Positions 22,223-39,909 of a stretch of 64,000 nt of DNA are shown piece after piece (position 1 is the stretch's first letter; every line of letters begins with the position of its first letter). The notes under the pieces are model-generated. The model was not told the origin of the DNA. It saw nothing but the letters and a program-made list of their open reading frames with translations, and ran no database searches. The stretch lies in assembly GCF_009914755.1 (NCBI RefSeq), contig NC_060926.1; one strand, given 5' to 3'. The position numbers were made by a program, and so were the translations under genes. Origin of the DNA: the human T2T-CHM13v2.0 reference genome, Homo sapiens.

Positions 22223-23401
22223 AGACCTGAGAGAGGAGATGGAGAGGGTAGGAAGAAAATACCTCAAGGTTCCAGAATATCAATAGCCAGGAAAAAGGAA
22301 AATTAGAATGACACAGACATAGACCTGAAAAGAGAAAAATGAACTGACTGACTGTATACAGACCATTCAGTGTCTACCTCCAATCTCTCCCCAACTTCAC
22401 CCTTAGTATGCTGCACAAAAGCCAAGCATTTATCCCTGGCGAAACCTTTCAAAAAATACAACTGCCTGGGAAGCTCTAGGGTGACAGAGTGTCTACTCCC
22501 TAAGTCCCCAGTCCTTCACCCAGAAGGGCCAACTACCCACCTCCTCATCCTAGAGGGAAGCCAGCAATAACGAACCACTTCTGTGCACAGAGCTTCTAAA
22601 CATTGTCTAATTCTTAAATGCAAACAGAGTACTAAGCAAAAAGGGGACTCAACTGCAAACAAAGATCAGAAAACAGAAGGGAACTTAAAGCAAAAACTCC
22701 TAAATGACATCCTGAGAGTTTTGAGATCTTACATTTATAAAGGACACTATGAAAAGAAAACAAAGAAGATGGTGAGCTTTTAGAATCTGAAAATATGATT
22801 AATGCGATAAAACATTCAAAAAAAGGTTAAGACAAAAAGCAGAGAAATTTTCCCCTAAAGTACAAGAAAAGAGAGAGAAATGTGGGGGATAAAAAAAGAG
22901 AATCAATTCAGGAGGCCCAACATTCAATTAATGGAAGTTGTAAAAAGAGAGATGAATTAAAGAAATAACATAACGGAATAGTTTATTCCAAAACTGTACA
23001 AAATAAGCTTCCTGACTGAAAGGGTCACCTGATGGAATAGTACAATGGATGGGAAAAGACCCACACACTAACAAAAAGCAGTACCTACAGTGAATAAATA
23101 AAAAAATGTAGTGGTATAAACAGTGTTTACAGAAACTGTGAAAACCACAAAGGAGTTGAAATCAAGTGCAAAGTGGTCACCTCTGGTGAGCAGAAATGTG
23201 CATGGCAGTAGAATGGGTGAGGTCATGATCATCAATGAGCATCTGATTTTTAAATCATGTGTATTATTTTGACTAAAAGTTTCTTAAACCATATTTTAAT
23301 ACTTACTTTTAGATACTCAAGGTACCTTAAGTAAAAAGATTAAATAGAAATTTTATCCAGACCACAAATAATTTTAGAGAAGCACTATTTGGCATACATA
23401 C

Positions 23402-23494
23402 CTAAGATATGGGTAAAAGAAACAATCCAAATTTTGACTTGGCAATCCTGACCACATGATGCCAGTCGAAAAAACTGAAGACCTTGTTCTCCAT
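23402..23494 (-). CDS. WDSUB1: WDSUB1 coding exon 4 (93 nt)
   Basis: ttttag| acceptor, |GTATGT donor; (D)[30 protein letters not shown]. Confidence 0.97.
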   Translation of the reverse strand: MENKVFSFFDWHHVVRIAKSKFGLFLLPIS

Positions 23495-23901
23495 CTAAAA
23501 TTTATTAAAAATAAATACAGAGAATTTGTAAAACACTGAAACCCCCCCCAAAATTCCCATTTCTTATACTAAGATCTATTAATTCTACTCATTTAAACCA
23601 TGTTCACAAGTTATTAGTTAACTTATATCATTTAACAAAATGCTGATTAAAGAATTTCTTTTAAACAAGGTACTATGTGGGATTATTAGTCCTCAAGTTG
23701 CTACAAAAAAATACCTTTCATTTTCCTTCCTCAAAGAATAGAACTCAAGGCTGCAAGGACCAATATTGAGCCACTCAATAGAGCATCCTCCTCTAACTCA
23801 ATTTGAGAGTCTATGAGGCTAGCACTGATAGGAAAAATCAGGAAGAAAAGTCAGTTACTTTGAGAGTGTTAAATGTTTAATCATTCCTAACCTTTTTTTA
23901 A

Positions 23902-24234
<333 letters not shown>

Positions 24235-24595
24235 TAAAAGCCTGATCTATAGTTCACATGGAATAATAATGGGAATTTTTTTCCATCTGATTTAATCAAG
24301 CCAAAGGCTGGAATTATAGAAATCAAAAATAACATCAATTCACTCCATTTGGTTGAAAATATTATATTATTTAGGGAAAGTAATCAGTTATATGGTGTCC
24401 CAGAAGAGCTACTACATTACACTTACTTAATTTTAGTGTATCATTATATATCTACTAAAGTTCCTAAACAATTTTGGATAATGTAAATATTGACATCATC
24501 AATGCAATTTTATACAAGTTGCACCTAATATCACAAGTAGTTTCATCAAGTAAGTTTTGGCACTCATATGCAGTAAAGCACAATTAAGAAATTGA

Positions 24596-24873
<278 letters not shown>

Positions 24874-26726
24874 CTAATATCCATCTTAAGATTGTACTCT
24901 GGCTTAACAAATTTTCAGTATATAAAATTTAACAAACGTGTACACCTGGGCATGTAAATTTTTTCTATGGACTCTGCCTCTTTGAAAGTACAAACACTTT
25001 ACTAACGAACAACAAATTAAATTCCATTTCACTGAAAGCTTTTTTAACTCCATGGGACTTCCATATTTCAATAGCATTTTTGTTTCTTTCTGTAGCATAG
25101 ATTTACCCAAAATATATCCTTTCTAAGAGAGATCTTGAGGGATACAGGCAATTCCTGATAATCACTGTCTTTTTAAGACAAAACATTTTATTCAATAAAT
25201 GGCTGAGAGCAAAATATTTCTGTATTAGACCTAATTAGCAACGCTATTTGTTTCTTAACTAAATAGATCCTTTGAAGTTAATTCTGAAGTTCTCTAAGTA
25301 GTGAAAATTCAGCTAAGACAATGGAAAATTACACAGGTTAAAATGTGCTTATGTTCAGTATCTAAATATAATATTTAGAAACATACTTTTCTTCAGGAAA
25401 AATATTTAAATTATAATAACCTAACCTACACTTTATCATTTAAAAACTGGAGAGAAATGATCATTTACTCTCAGGTGCAAACAGGATTATTTTTCCTTAT
25501 TTCAGCAAAATGTCACAAGATGAGTCAATATGTCATAAGTATTTACAGATAATAACAAATACGAAATTAAACAAATTGAAATTATATACTTTGTCTTCTA
25601 AATACAGTTGTTCCCACAAATTCCTACAATAATCACTTTAAAGCATGTACCAATTTGTTTCAGAGAATTTACTCATAAGGTTAAGATATATTTCCACAGC
25701 AACACTAAAGGAACTAAAGAAGGCACAAAGATTAAAATTATACCGAGAGAAGTGTATAATATGTTCTAAAGGCAGGGTGGGGATGTGGGTATCATTTCAG
25801 AATCTCACCTAGAATTCTCTGCCTGGTTTAGTGAGCCTTTCCTGACCCCATAAGCTCCCAATCTCTCTAAATGCAGGACAAAAAAGCCCTTATTTTTATT
25901 CTAATATTAACTAATATAATAGTATTTTCATTGGAAATCTATCTTCAGATCATTTAGAACCAAAAAAGGAACCTAGATCTCTCCACACTTATATAATTCA
26001 CCACATTCATTGAGTGCCTACAAGATGTAGAGAAGGTCCCACAGAAATGGAAGCAATGGCTTGTTTGTTACAAGCTGTTCTTACAGTAAAATATCACAGA
26101 ACAATATACTAAAAGAATAACTGCCTTAATTAAATTAGGGAGGGAGTTTAACGTAAGAATGGGTTTATGAAAAGAAAATCTATTATTTCAGCAAATCATT
26201 AAAAGGAATCTTACTCATCAATCTACATTTCAAGGCCTACTCTGTATCAGGCACGATGAAGAAAAATGACCCAGGCCCTGCCTGCCTGGAGCTTACAAGC
26301 TAATAGGAAAAACACCATTAAATATTATCCATATAAATATAGAATTAAAAATTGTGATACTTAGTACTGTAACAGAAAAATAAAGCATGCAAAAAAAAGA
26401 CTATATCAAAATTATACAGATTTAATGCAGGGGTTAAGATCAGGAGAGACTTATCTTTAGTGATTTTCAGCCAAATTCTAAAGGATATTAACAGCAAACC
26501 AGGTAAAGGGTCTGCACGTAAAACCCTTGGAAAAATCTTAGAAACATTCCAGGAATGAAAGAAAGTCAATGTGGCAAAAAATGCATAAGGCCAAGAGCAA
26601 TTTGAGATTAGGGGGAAGCAGAACATGTTTTGCTTTTGGGATTTGAGATCTTAATCATATCTTAACAAGCCACTGATGGGCTTGAAAAGGGGGGAAATAC
26701 CAAAACCTTTCTGTCTACTCTTTGGA

Positions 26727-26995
26727 CCTGTTTTGTCCAATAGGGCAGTGACTGGCCATATGTGGGTATCAAAGACTTGAAATGCAGCTAGTCCAAATTG
26801 AAATGTACTATCTGTAATATACATACCAGATTTCAAAGACTTAGTACGAAAGATAAAATCTTATTAATAATTTTTATTATCAATTATTGAAACTACATTG
26901 TAGATATATCAGGATATATTATTAATTAATTTCATCTACTACTACATTTTAAATTTTCCTAAGTGGCTTGCATTACGTTGTTATGGATAGCACTG
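26727..26995. mobile_element. hAT-Charlie MITE (MER3/MER33-like)
   Basis: tgtccaatag...cttgaaatgcagctagtccaaattgaaatg...atggatagcactg. Confidence 0.7.
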
Positions 26996-27617
26996 GTCTG
27001 GTAACAAGACTGCAGGGGGACAAAAGCTACAGAACTCCCATCCACTAACACGGAAAATGAAAACTCTAAAGAAAGAACTTTCCAAATCACTGTACCTATT
27101 TAAAACCAAGAGACTACATTCAGGAGTTCTGTTTATTTCTAAAAAACTAATTGTGTTGGCAAACATTTTATAAATTTAGCTTTTCGAAGATTAAATTAGT
27201 AAATGGAAAACACAGCTTCTATTTCCAATTTTTAAAGTTTACATTTCTACTTGAATATCAATATAGTGTTCTTTTAATTGCAATTGTATCAATAGGGTTA
27301 GGTCCTCTAAATTGCCATATCCAAGGAATCTGAATCTGTTGTACCAATTTGAGCCACCCCCTGCATATAATAAAGAATGTAATTTTCTTGCAGGAAACTC
27401 CAAGACCAAAAAAAAAGAATGCAATTTTCTCATATATTTTTTCATGATTTCATTTTTGGTCAAAAAAGAGAGAAGGATAATCCCTTTACAGGAATAAATT
27501 AAGAGGGCTCCTCACTCTACTAATGATAACATAAAAAAGAATAAAAGAATGAAAAGTCATATACAGCACAAATTACAAATAGGAATTTCTAGTGCTTAAA
27601 AGAATAAAATAACCAAC

Positions 27618-27802
27618 CAGAAACTGGCTGTGAAGAAAAATCGCAGCAGGTAATTCCAAGATCATGTGCTTTTTCACTATGCAGACACCTCATTTTATCA
27701 TCCCACACTGTTAAATCACCACATGAGGAGCCAGTGACAAAGAAGCTTCCATTAGGAGAAAATGCACATGCCGCCAAGGAGCCATCTTTAACACTACCAC
27801 AT
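27618..27802 (-). CDS. WDSUB1: WDSUB1 coding exon 3 (185 nt)
   Basis: tttcag| acceptor, |GTTGGT donor; [61 protein letters not shown] (overlaps ORF 27589..27777). Confidence 0.97.
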
Positions 27803-28145
27803 CTGAAATAAAAGCAAAAAGTGGGTTTTCATTTCAGAGTATCCTTTACTTTATACCACAGTCTCTAACAGCAGCTTGATACAGTGAAAAGAGAATAAAT
27901 GGCTATCACAGAACTAGAGAGAAAGGACAACTGATGCCTACAGAAATAAAATATCATTTATATGCTATGAACTGAGATATACTGTCTAAAAGCAAGGGAG
28001 GATTTAAATATCCTCCCTTAAACATTTTAACTGGTATGTTCAAGCCTAAATTACAAACCAAAGTCCACATATCTTCATATTTTTCCACAGGGCAAATCAG
28101 TATAAACACATTAAAATATGTAAAACTTAACCAGAAAAGCAATGA

Positions 28146-28598
<453 letters not shown>

Positions 28599-29553
28599 TC
28601 AAATATAAATTATTTATGAAAGGAAAATGCTGTGGGCAAGTTAAAATTACGTTAGGAAGACAGGGAGGCACGGTGCTGAAGTATTAGTATTTGCTCAATT
28701 AGGAAAAATAAGCTGTTAAAAACCCAACAATTAACACACTGTCCCATCCAGCAGGGTATCTATCATTTATATATAATTAATTACATAGTTTAGGGATAGT
28801 TATGCTATAGAGCCAGAAGTCATCATTGGATAAGTAAGATTCCTAGTTGACAGCTGGATTTCATGCATATAAAAAAGATATTTGGCATAAGTGTTTATTA
28901 ACACCACTTAAAACATGTCACCCTCTTCAACCCAAAGACCTAAGCTTAAATGAGCAATAGTTGTTGACCAACTAGCATTTGTGCTCTAAAAGATGTTGGG
29001 AGACAGAAGGAGGGGGAGGTACACTAGGCTCTTTTAATTGGTAATTACTTAAAAGCGCATGGTTTCTAATGTACTTAATGTCATCTAAAATTGTTAGCGT
29101 GAAAATTTTAACTTTTTTTTTTGAGACAGGGTCACTCAGTCACTCAGGCTGGGGTACAGTAGTGCAATCCTAGCACACTGCAGCCTCAAACACCTGGGTT
29201 CAGGCGATCCTCTGACCTCAGCCTCTGGAGTAGCGAGGACTACAGGCACACGCCACCACGCCTAGCTAATAAAAATGATAACTTCTGTTACGTATATTTT
29301 GCCACAATATAAATAAATGTGAATAGTTTTAATGTTGTTAAATTGCAATACAACATTACCAATGTAAATTAATTGGTTTTTTCCAAAAGAGTTTTTCAGG
29401 CGAGTTTTTAAGAAATGATAACACATCACCACCACACCAGGCATGAGGTTCCTTCTTCTGGGCTTGGTCATTCATCCAGCAAGAATTGCAGTCACAGAAA
29501 TAACTGCATCTCTTAGCTGAGCTTTACATACTATTAAAGCTTTACATACTATG

Positions 29554-29855
29554 GGCCGGGCGCAGTGGCTCATACCTGTAATCCCAGCCCTTTGGGAAGC
29601 CAGCTGAAGCGGGTGGATCACATGAGGTCAGGAGTTCAAGAGCAGCCTGGCCAACATGGGGAAACCCAGTCTCTACTAAAAATACAAAAAACTGGCTGGG
29701 CATGGTGGCAGGAGTCTGTAATCCCAGCAACTCGGGAGGCCGAGGCAGGAGAATCGCTTGAACCTGGGAGGTGGAGGTTTCAGTGAACTGAGATCCCACC
29801 ACTGCACTCCAGCCTGGGCAACAAGAGTGAAACTCTGTCTCAAAAAAGAAAGAAA
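29554..29855 (+). mobile_element. AluS
   Basis: Alu consensus. Confidence 0.9.
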
Positions 29856-29933
29856 ACACTTAAACCACAAGTGACAAAAATAAAGCCTAAAATTACTGAA
29901 CCTTCAAAATACTGCTTTAACTCTTACAATTAA

Positions 29934-30356
<423 letters not shown>

Positions 30357-30535
30357 AGTTAAAATATTTTTCCTTGTGCTACCTGAAAACTATTGGCTTC
30401 CTAGGGTCATCAAAATATTTTTCTTTTTTTCTACATCACTTAGACTGTGCAGAGTATCAAAATATTTTGCTTTCAGTTTTTTTTAAGTACACCTAGTCAA
30501 CAGGATTAAAACAGGAAGGATTTAAATATCCATAC

Positions 30536-30933
30536 CTATATAATTTGTATGACTGTGCATTCCACAAAACCACAGTTCCATCAGCTGCCCCTGATGCCAA
30601 ACACGTGGAGTCTGGGGAAAACTGGCAAACCCTCACAGGGCTGCCACTAGGCTGTTCCATCACTGCCAGCATCTGTCCATTTTCAGTATTCCATAGGACA
30701 GTGGTACCATCTGTTGAACACGATGCCAAAATATGTCCTGAAGGGGAGAAACAGCAGCAGTGGACAGCATAGGTATGAAACTTCAATGGAGAATGTGGCA
30801 GTTCAGTAAAGTCACGTAACGAGTACAGGCGAATTGTTTTGTCCAAGGAGCAAGTAGCCAAGAGGGAAAAGGAGAAGGCACAGCAGTTGACATCGTCACC
30901 ATGATCAGCTAATGTGTGAATCAGTTTCACCAT
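30536..30933 (-). CDS. WDSUB1: WDSUB1 first coding exon (exon 2; whole exon 30536-30957 including 24 nt of 5' UTR), three WD40 repeats
   Basis: ATG at 30931-30933, [37 protein letters not shown]...[10 protein letters not shown]; acceptor tttcag| before 30957, donor |GTATG after 30536; N-terminus recognised as WDSUB1. Confidence 0.98.
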
Positions 30934-31082
30934 GTTCTTTATTTGAAGAAAAACAGCCTGAAATTTTTAAGCAGATAAAGATTATTTATTCTAGGAATCA
31001 GATACATGCAATTTGAGTCTATATAAAAGGGCCAAAATGTTTTAATTTGCTCAATGAAAGCTTCTACATCAACATTTTAAAG

Positions 31083-31987
<905 letters not shown>

Positions 31988-32649
31988 TTTTAAAGGACAA
32001 CCTGTTACCTGGGATAAGAACAATTTGGAGAAAAAAAAATCTATAAGACTATAACCTCTGATTCTCACAACCACCGTTGTCATACCAATAAATTTCCACA
32101 ACTCCTCAAAAAGAACCTTCAAACTGTCAAATAACTTCAAACTGATTTGATGTTGAGCTTTCAAAACCTAAGGTGTTTATTTCACCTTTGAAGCCTTTCT
32201 CATAAGGAGTTCTCAAAAATACCTCACTCCAGATCTGCTCATCTCAACTCAAAAAGTATTTTCTATTCTAATAAACTATCTTAGCTGTTCCCTTCACAGG
32301 ATGGAGCCAAGGCTATCTGCTCCGCCTTTAAAATCAAACTGTAGGATTTGCTCTTAAAAAAAAACAACAAAAGTCTCATTGAAAATTTATTAATAAGTGA
32401 CCATGTTGAAAGCTGTCCTACCATGGTTTGTCATCCTGTCTGATAAATAGTAAAATTATACAAAAGACTTGAGGTGAGGAACCACCTCTGAATGAATCAA
32501 GGAAACCAAGAAAAGAAAACCTAAGAAAGTGTCAAAAAATGAACTTAGCCAGACCACGCTCAAGAACAAATTTACAAATTTAGAATAAAATCAAACTCAT
32601 CATGGCAAACAAAATCCTATACAGTCTTATGTAATCAAAATCCTATATA

Positions 32650-33045
32650 ATTCCCGCCTGCCCACTTCTCAGATCTCAACTCTGGCCACTGTCCCTCTCT
32701 TCTTTCCAGCCTCCTTGGCCTAACAGTCTTCCGTCTCCATAAAGCGGTTTTCTCAAGCTGAAATGTTCTTGCCTCTGCTCTTGGGATCCTATTTGTCATT
32801 TAGATCTCAATTTCAGTGTCTCTCCTCAGAGACGGTTTCCCTATTTAAAGTAGCCACTCCCTAGGCTAGCACATCACTCTATATTCTCAGCAATTACCAC
32901 CAGCATCGGATATTTGTTAAATTGTCTCCTCCGACTAGGATGTAAATCCCAAAGGAGTAGGTACTTTGCCATCTTGCTCATTTCTGTATCCACACCATGT
33001 AAAACTGTCAGGCACCTAATGTACTTAAATAAATATAAGTTGAAT
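32650..33045 (+). mobile_element. L2 3' fragment
   Basis: Pyrimidine-rich body ending gactaggatgtaaatccc...gtcaggcacctaatgtacttaaataaatat...gttgaat. Confidence 0.6.
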
Positions 33046-33127
33046 ATTTATTTTGTTCGAGCCCAACTGAGTTCCAGCCTTTAAATAATCCATATGTAAT
33101 ATGAAATTAGAAAATCTACCAAGACTA

Positions 33128-33575
<448 letters not shown>

Positions 33576-34423
33576 AAACAAATATTAAGGCATAAGGAGC
33601 ATGCCTTTCCCTATCTTCATCTTATCCTTTTAGGATAAGTTCAGCTTCTTTTCTTCGAACATAAACTCCAATAAAGCCTAAAAACCAAACACGAAAATTT
33701 CTGGTAGACTATCCCTGTACTGCTGTCTTGAAAACAATCAAGACCAGGTGGTGCTTTCTGGAGAGCTCGCAAATCCCAGCTGTGCAAGTGCGCACAGGTG
33801 ATTTTCCAAACAAACTCCGGCTCCCAGCCCTCTGCCGCACTCAGCTCCCTTTGCAAGTTCCAGGGCATTCAGTGGGAAGTACCGAGGCCACCGTCAGCTG
33901 AACAGTTTGTTTTGAAAAAGCTCTCAGGCCTACCCAGGACCTGCCTTGGGGTAGGGGGGGCGGTGTGGGCGTTCCCTCGGGCCTCGGCTGTCACGCGAAC
34001 AGTAAATTCCCGGGCACACCAGGTCAGTTGGCCAGCGTAAACACATGAATCCCATCTCATTCAAAGCAAACCCGAAAGGTGTCCAGCGCTCCCAAAATAA
34101 AGTCCGCCACTTACACCCCCCATGCACGAAAGACCAGGAATGTGCCCCCCTCTATGAGCGGCCGGGCCTCTGTGGACTGAGCGACCCCAGGCAAGAGGGA
34201 GGCCTGGGAGGCAGGGAGCTCACCCGCAAGGGGCTTCCTTCCACCCGACGCCGACACGCCCGCCCTAGCCCCGGGCCAAGGGTGCACGAACCACGCCTCG
34301 CCGCACTCAAGGTCCCGGTTGGGCCCTGCTGCGCGGTTAGAACCGGGAAATGGAGGGCTCAGACGCGCTTCCCCACCTGCCGCCACCGCCGCTGAGCCGG
34401 CCCGTGGGCGCGGCCGCTCTCAC

Positions 34424-34530
34424 CTGCAGGAGCGGGGGCGCGCGGGATCCGCCTTCAAGGTGCCCACGGGCGGTGCGGGTCACGTGCCGCGCAGGTGAGG
34501 CTGGCGGGGCGGGCGCCGGCGGAGACCCAG
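34424..34530 (-). other. WDSUB1: WDSUB1 non-coding exon 1 (3' boundary exact, TSS approximate)
   Basis: Strong donor CAG|GTGAG at 34424/34423 inside the CpG island, just downstream of the GC-box cluster. Confidence 0.8.
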
Positions 34531-34693
34531 AGCAGAGGGAACAGGCCCCGCCCCCGAACGCCCGCGGGGACCCAGAGCGGAGGGAACAGGCCCCGCCCCC
34601 CGAACGCCCGCTGTGACCCAGAGCGGAGGGAGTAGGCCCCGCCCCGCGAAAGCCTGTGGAGACCCAGGGCGGAGGGAACAGGCCCCGCCCCCG
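34524..34693. repeat. 45-46-bp tandem repeat (~3.7 copies), each copy carrying an Sp/KLF GC box
   Basis: Units start GACCCAG at 34524, 34569, 34615 and 34661; each contains GGCCCCGCCCC. Confidence 0.92.
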
Positions 34694-36053
34694 GGACCGG
34701 CCCCTGAGGCGGCGCATGCGCGCTCTTCCGCCCGGACTGCGAGTTCCTCCCCAGCTTCTGGCTCCTAGGGTCAAGGCGATTTCAGGCTTGGAAAGGGACT
34801 TCCGTCGCAAATCTTTCTGTTTTTGCTAAAGCTGCGGTCGCAAGGCCTAGTGATCGCCTGAAACGTCGTTTTAAAGGGGCGTTGCATGGAATGTTCGGCC
34901 ATCCCTGCTGAAAGTTTTTACCTCTTTCTCCAGTTCTCCACCCTGCACTGTGTACTCCGAGGCCGGTCTCCCAGATTGGCCTTCTCTATTTCGGCCACCC
35001 TGGGCGGTCCGTGACTTGGCGTCTTCTGCCCTCGCCTCCTCATTCGGGTTCCCCTAGGGGTCTCTCCCGGGCAGGCTGCCTGCCCCGGGCCCCAGCCCTG
35101 CCGTTGGGTGGGTATCCTGAGCTCACTGGAACCCCGGGCGCCTTTTCTTCAGCCTTTCCCAGTGCGTCCCACTGGCTCACGGTAGACTGGTTTCCACGTG
35201 TCATTGACTACAAAGTGGCCCTGCCAGTGCTTTTTGAGATAAAAATTATCCAGAAAAAAAAAAGTTCCTGAGCAAATTACCACTTGTTAACTAAATGCAC
35301 AACATAGTGTGGGACTATGTTCAGATGAAAATCAAAGATACAGAGAGCTTTTATTTTTAATCCATGAGGAAACATTAAAAATATATCAGCCTGTGGAGAC
35401 CAAAGTTACATTTGAAGAGTAATGACCTAAAATGCTCACATTTAAAGATGAAATTGAGACCGTGGGAAACTTTGCAATGAAAAAGATTAAGGGGAAAGGG
35501 AAGATTAAAAATTAGGATTTTGTGAAGTTCTTGTTAATTTTTTAAAATTAGCGGAGTGCATCATGATTGAGACTTTGAACACCAAATTCCATTCCAAAGT
35601 ATTGCCAAAACAGTATTTTTCTAAAAACAAGTTTTTGATTGTATAAATAATAGAGCTCTCTGTAGGAAACACAGAATATATAACAGGAAAATAAATAGTC
35701 AATAATTACACCCCTCAGAGATCACCCACTCAGAGATAACATTTTCTCTCAGTCTTTCAGAAAAACTAATTTTACAAAAAGTCCTGGAAACTGCCTTTTT
35801 AAACAAACTTGTGTCATGAGCTGTTCCCATGTCTAAAATTTCATTAGCTTTTTTTTCTACATAATGGTCTACATATAAACATACCATAAATTATTTAACA
35901 TTTTCCCTGTTGCTGGATGGTTTCAACAATTTTGATCTTAGTGTAGATAATGCTGGATTAAATATCTTTGTACCTAAATCTTTTTCTTTTAGCCTCAATA
36001 TATTACCACGTTATGTACATAAATCTTTTTCCATATTTATGAATATGTACTTA

Positions 36054-37920
<1,867 letters not shown>

Positions 37921-37940
37921 ACCAGAAAAACCAACTTTTC

Positions 37941-38100
37941 TTTTTTTTTTTTTTAATTTTATTATTATTATACTTTAAGTTTTAGGGTACATGTGCACAA
38001 CGTGCAGGCTTGTTACATATGTATACATGTGCCATGTTGGTGTGCTGCACCCATTAACTCGTCATTTAGCATTAGGTATATCTCCTAATGCTATCCCTCC
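37941..38100 (-). mobile_element. Short 5'-truncated young L1PA 3' end
   Basis: ttattatactttaagttttagggtacatgtgcacaacgtgcagg...; TSD CCAACTTTTC at 37931 and 38101. Confidence 0.92.
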
Positions 38101-39129
38101 CCAACTTTTCAATTAAATAGTAAGCAATACATGTTGTCAAAATACAGTGGCAACGGGAACCGAATAGATGTGAAGCAATGAGTGAGCCACCAATTACTAA
38201 AATATGTGGTCCTGAGTAAACAAGAGCTTAACGGAGAGATGAGAGGCGCCTGTGAAGTTGGAAAAGGTGGGCATAAGAATGTGTGCTAACTAGACCTGAA
38301 GTCTAGGCCGGCTGAGGGGTGAGCTTTGGAAACACCCAGTTTCACAGGAAATACTCAGGCATGTATTGAGGTTGTTTTCCTTTGCAGGCAAACCCAATGT
38401 CAGAGTTTCCAGAACAGTTGGACAAGGTAGAGCTCAAGGTATAAAAACTCCCTTGAGGTGTTCAGTTTATGAAATTATATCAAGCTGAACGCATGAAATT
38501 TGCCTTTTTCTATGTGTATATTACACTGCAGAAGACGTTTTTAAAAACATCCTGGCAGATTGCCCAGAGATTATCTCATATCTGATGCAACCATCAACTC
38601 TCCACATCTGGTATGAGCCACAGTGCCACCTCCTTGTAGAGAACTCTGGGGAGCTGGAAAGCTGCAACTCTGCCTGGGAGCAAGATAACTTCTGCATCAT
38701 AAAATGTTCTCTTAATTTGCTTTATCCTTTGCCACTATGTAAAATTTACACCTTCGAACTGGCCATCTTTTCATTAAACCATTCAGAGTCCCTGTGTGCC
38801 AACCCAGTAGTAAGAATTAGCAGAGTTCTTTAGAAACAACTGGAATTCCATACAGGAAAAAAGAAAGATCCAGGGGCTGCCTAACAACAAAACAGAGGGT
38901 TGGGATGAGATGGTGTATATTGGGCACAGTGAGAACTGCCTGACAGCAGAAAATATGCATATGGCTGGAAGTAAGAATACCAGAAAGAAATGTAATGACA
39001 TGTATGAAACTTGGTATTTGGTACACACTAAAAAAATTTTTTGCAATTCTCACTGTGCCTTTTTCTGCCTTTATGGTACAAGAAATATTTTTTGCTTATG
39101 AAATTTTTATTTTGTTTTGTTGGTTTTGT

Positions 39130-39368
39130 TTTTGTTTTGTTTTCCAATTCCTGGGCTCAAGCGATCCTCCCACTTCAGCCTCCTGAGTAGCTGAGACTAC
39201 AGGCGTGCAACACAAACCCCAGCTCATTTTTTGATTTTTATTTGTATAGAGACAGGGTCTCACTATGTTGCTGAGGCTGGTCTCAACTCCTGGGCCCAAG
39301 CAATCCTCCCCCCTTGGCCCCCCCACCAAAGTGCTGGGATTACAGGCATGAGCCACTCCGTGCCCAGC
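39130..39368 (-). mobile_element. AluJ-like, partial
   Basis: Alu consensus. Confidence 0.85.
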
Positions 39369-39909
39369 TTTTGTTTATGAAATTTTAAATTGCAGTTTAC
39401 ATTTTTTCATTTTCTTATTGTCTCATTTTCTCAAATTCTTTATTTTCAGATACTATTATTAATGTTCTTCAAGAGAATTCAAGATGTTAATGCATTTCTG
39501 AAAAAAATACTTTTGTTTCCAGATTTATGGTTTTTATTACATAAGGTAAAAATATTACAGATACGGAAAAATTAATTCATTCAACAATAATTCAATTTAC
39601 AGAATTACAGATTATGTTTCCAGTTTACTGCCTATTATAGTCTGGAATACAGTATTTGATGCTACCAGTCTTTGGCATCTTGTAACATTCTGTCAATTAA
39701 TTGGCCAAATAATGCTAGGTCTCCATTTTAACCTGATTATCTGGAATTAATATTTCTCCATATTTTCACTAATGACTTTCAAACTAGTTGACTGATTTTT
39801 GCCTAAAGAAAATCACGATACTTCTTTAGTTTTACTTTTTGTTTGTAACTTAAAAAGGGAAGGACAATTGTCACATTTTAAAGAATGTAATAAAATGTCA
39901 TACCTGACG

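Larger units (their letters stand above)
33780..35150. promoter_or_regulatory. CpG island / WDSUB1 promoter
   Basis: Only non-Alu GC- and CpG-rich stretch in the window; GC boxes, E-box GTCACGTG (34479-34486), NRF1-type palindrome GCGCATGCGC (34712-34721). Confidence 0.93.

Noticed and set aside
30493-30535. C-terminal tail of the 146-aa ORF ([13 protein letters not shown])
   Set aside because: Read-through into the intron past the GTATG donor.
34524-34693. Regular repeat superficially like a CRISPR array
   Set aside because: No unique spacers, eukaryotic context, no cas genes; it is a tandem minisatellite.
34045-35271. + strand ORFs in the CpG island
   Set aside because: Expected in GC-rich DNA; low-complexity Pro/Arg/Gly translations.
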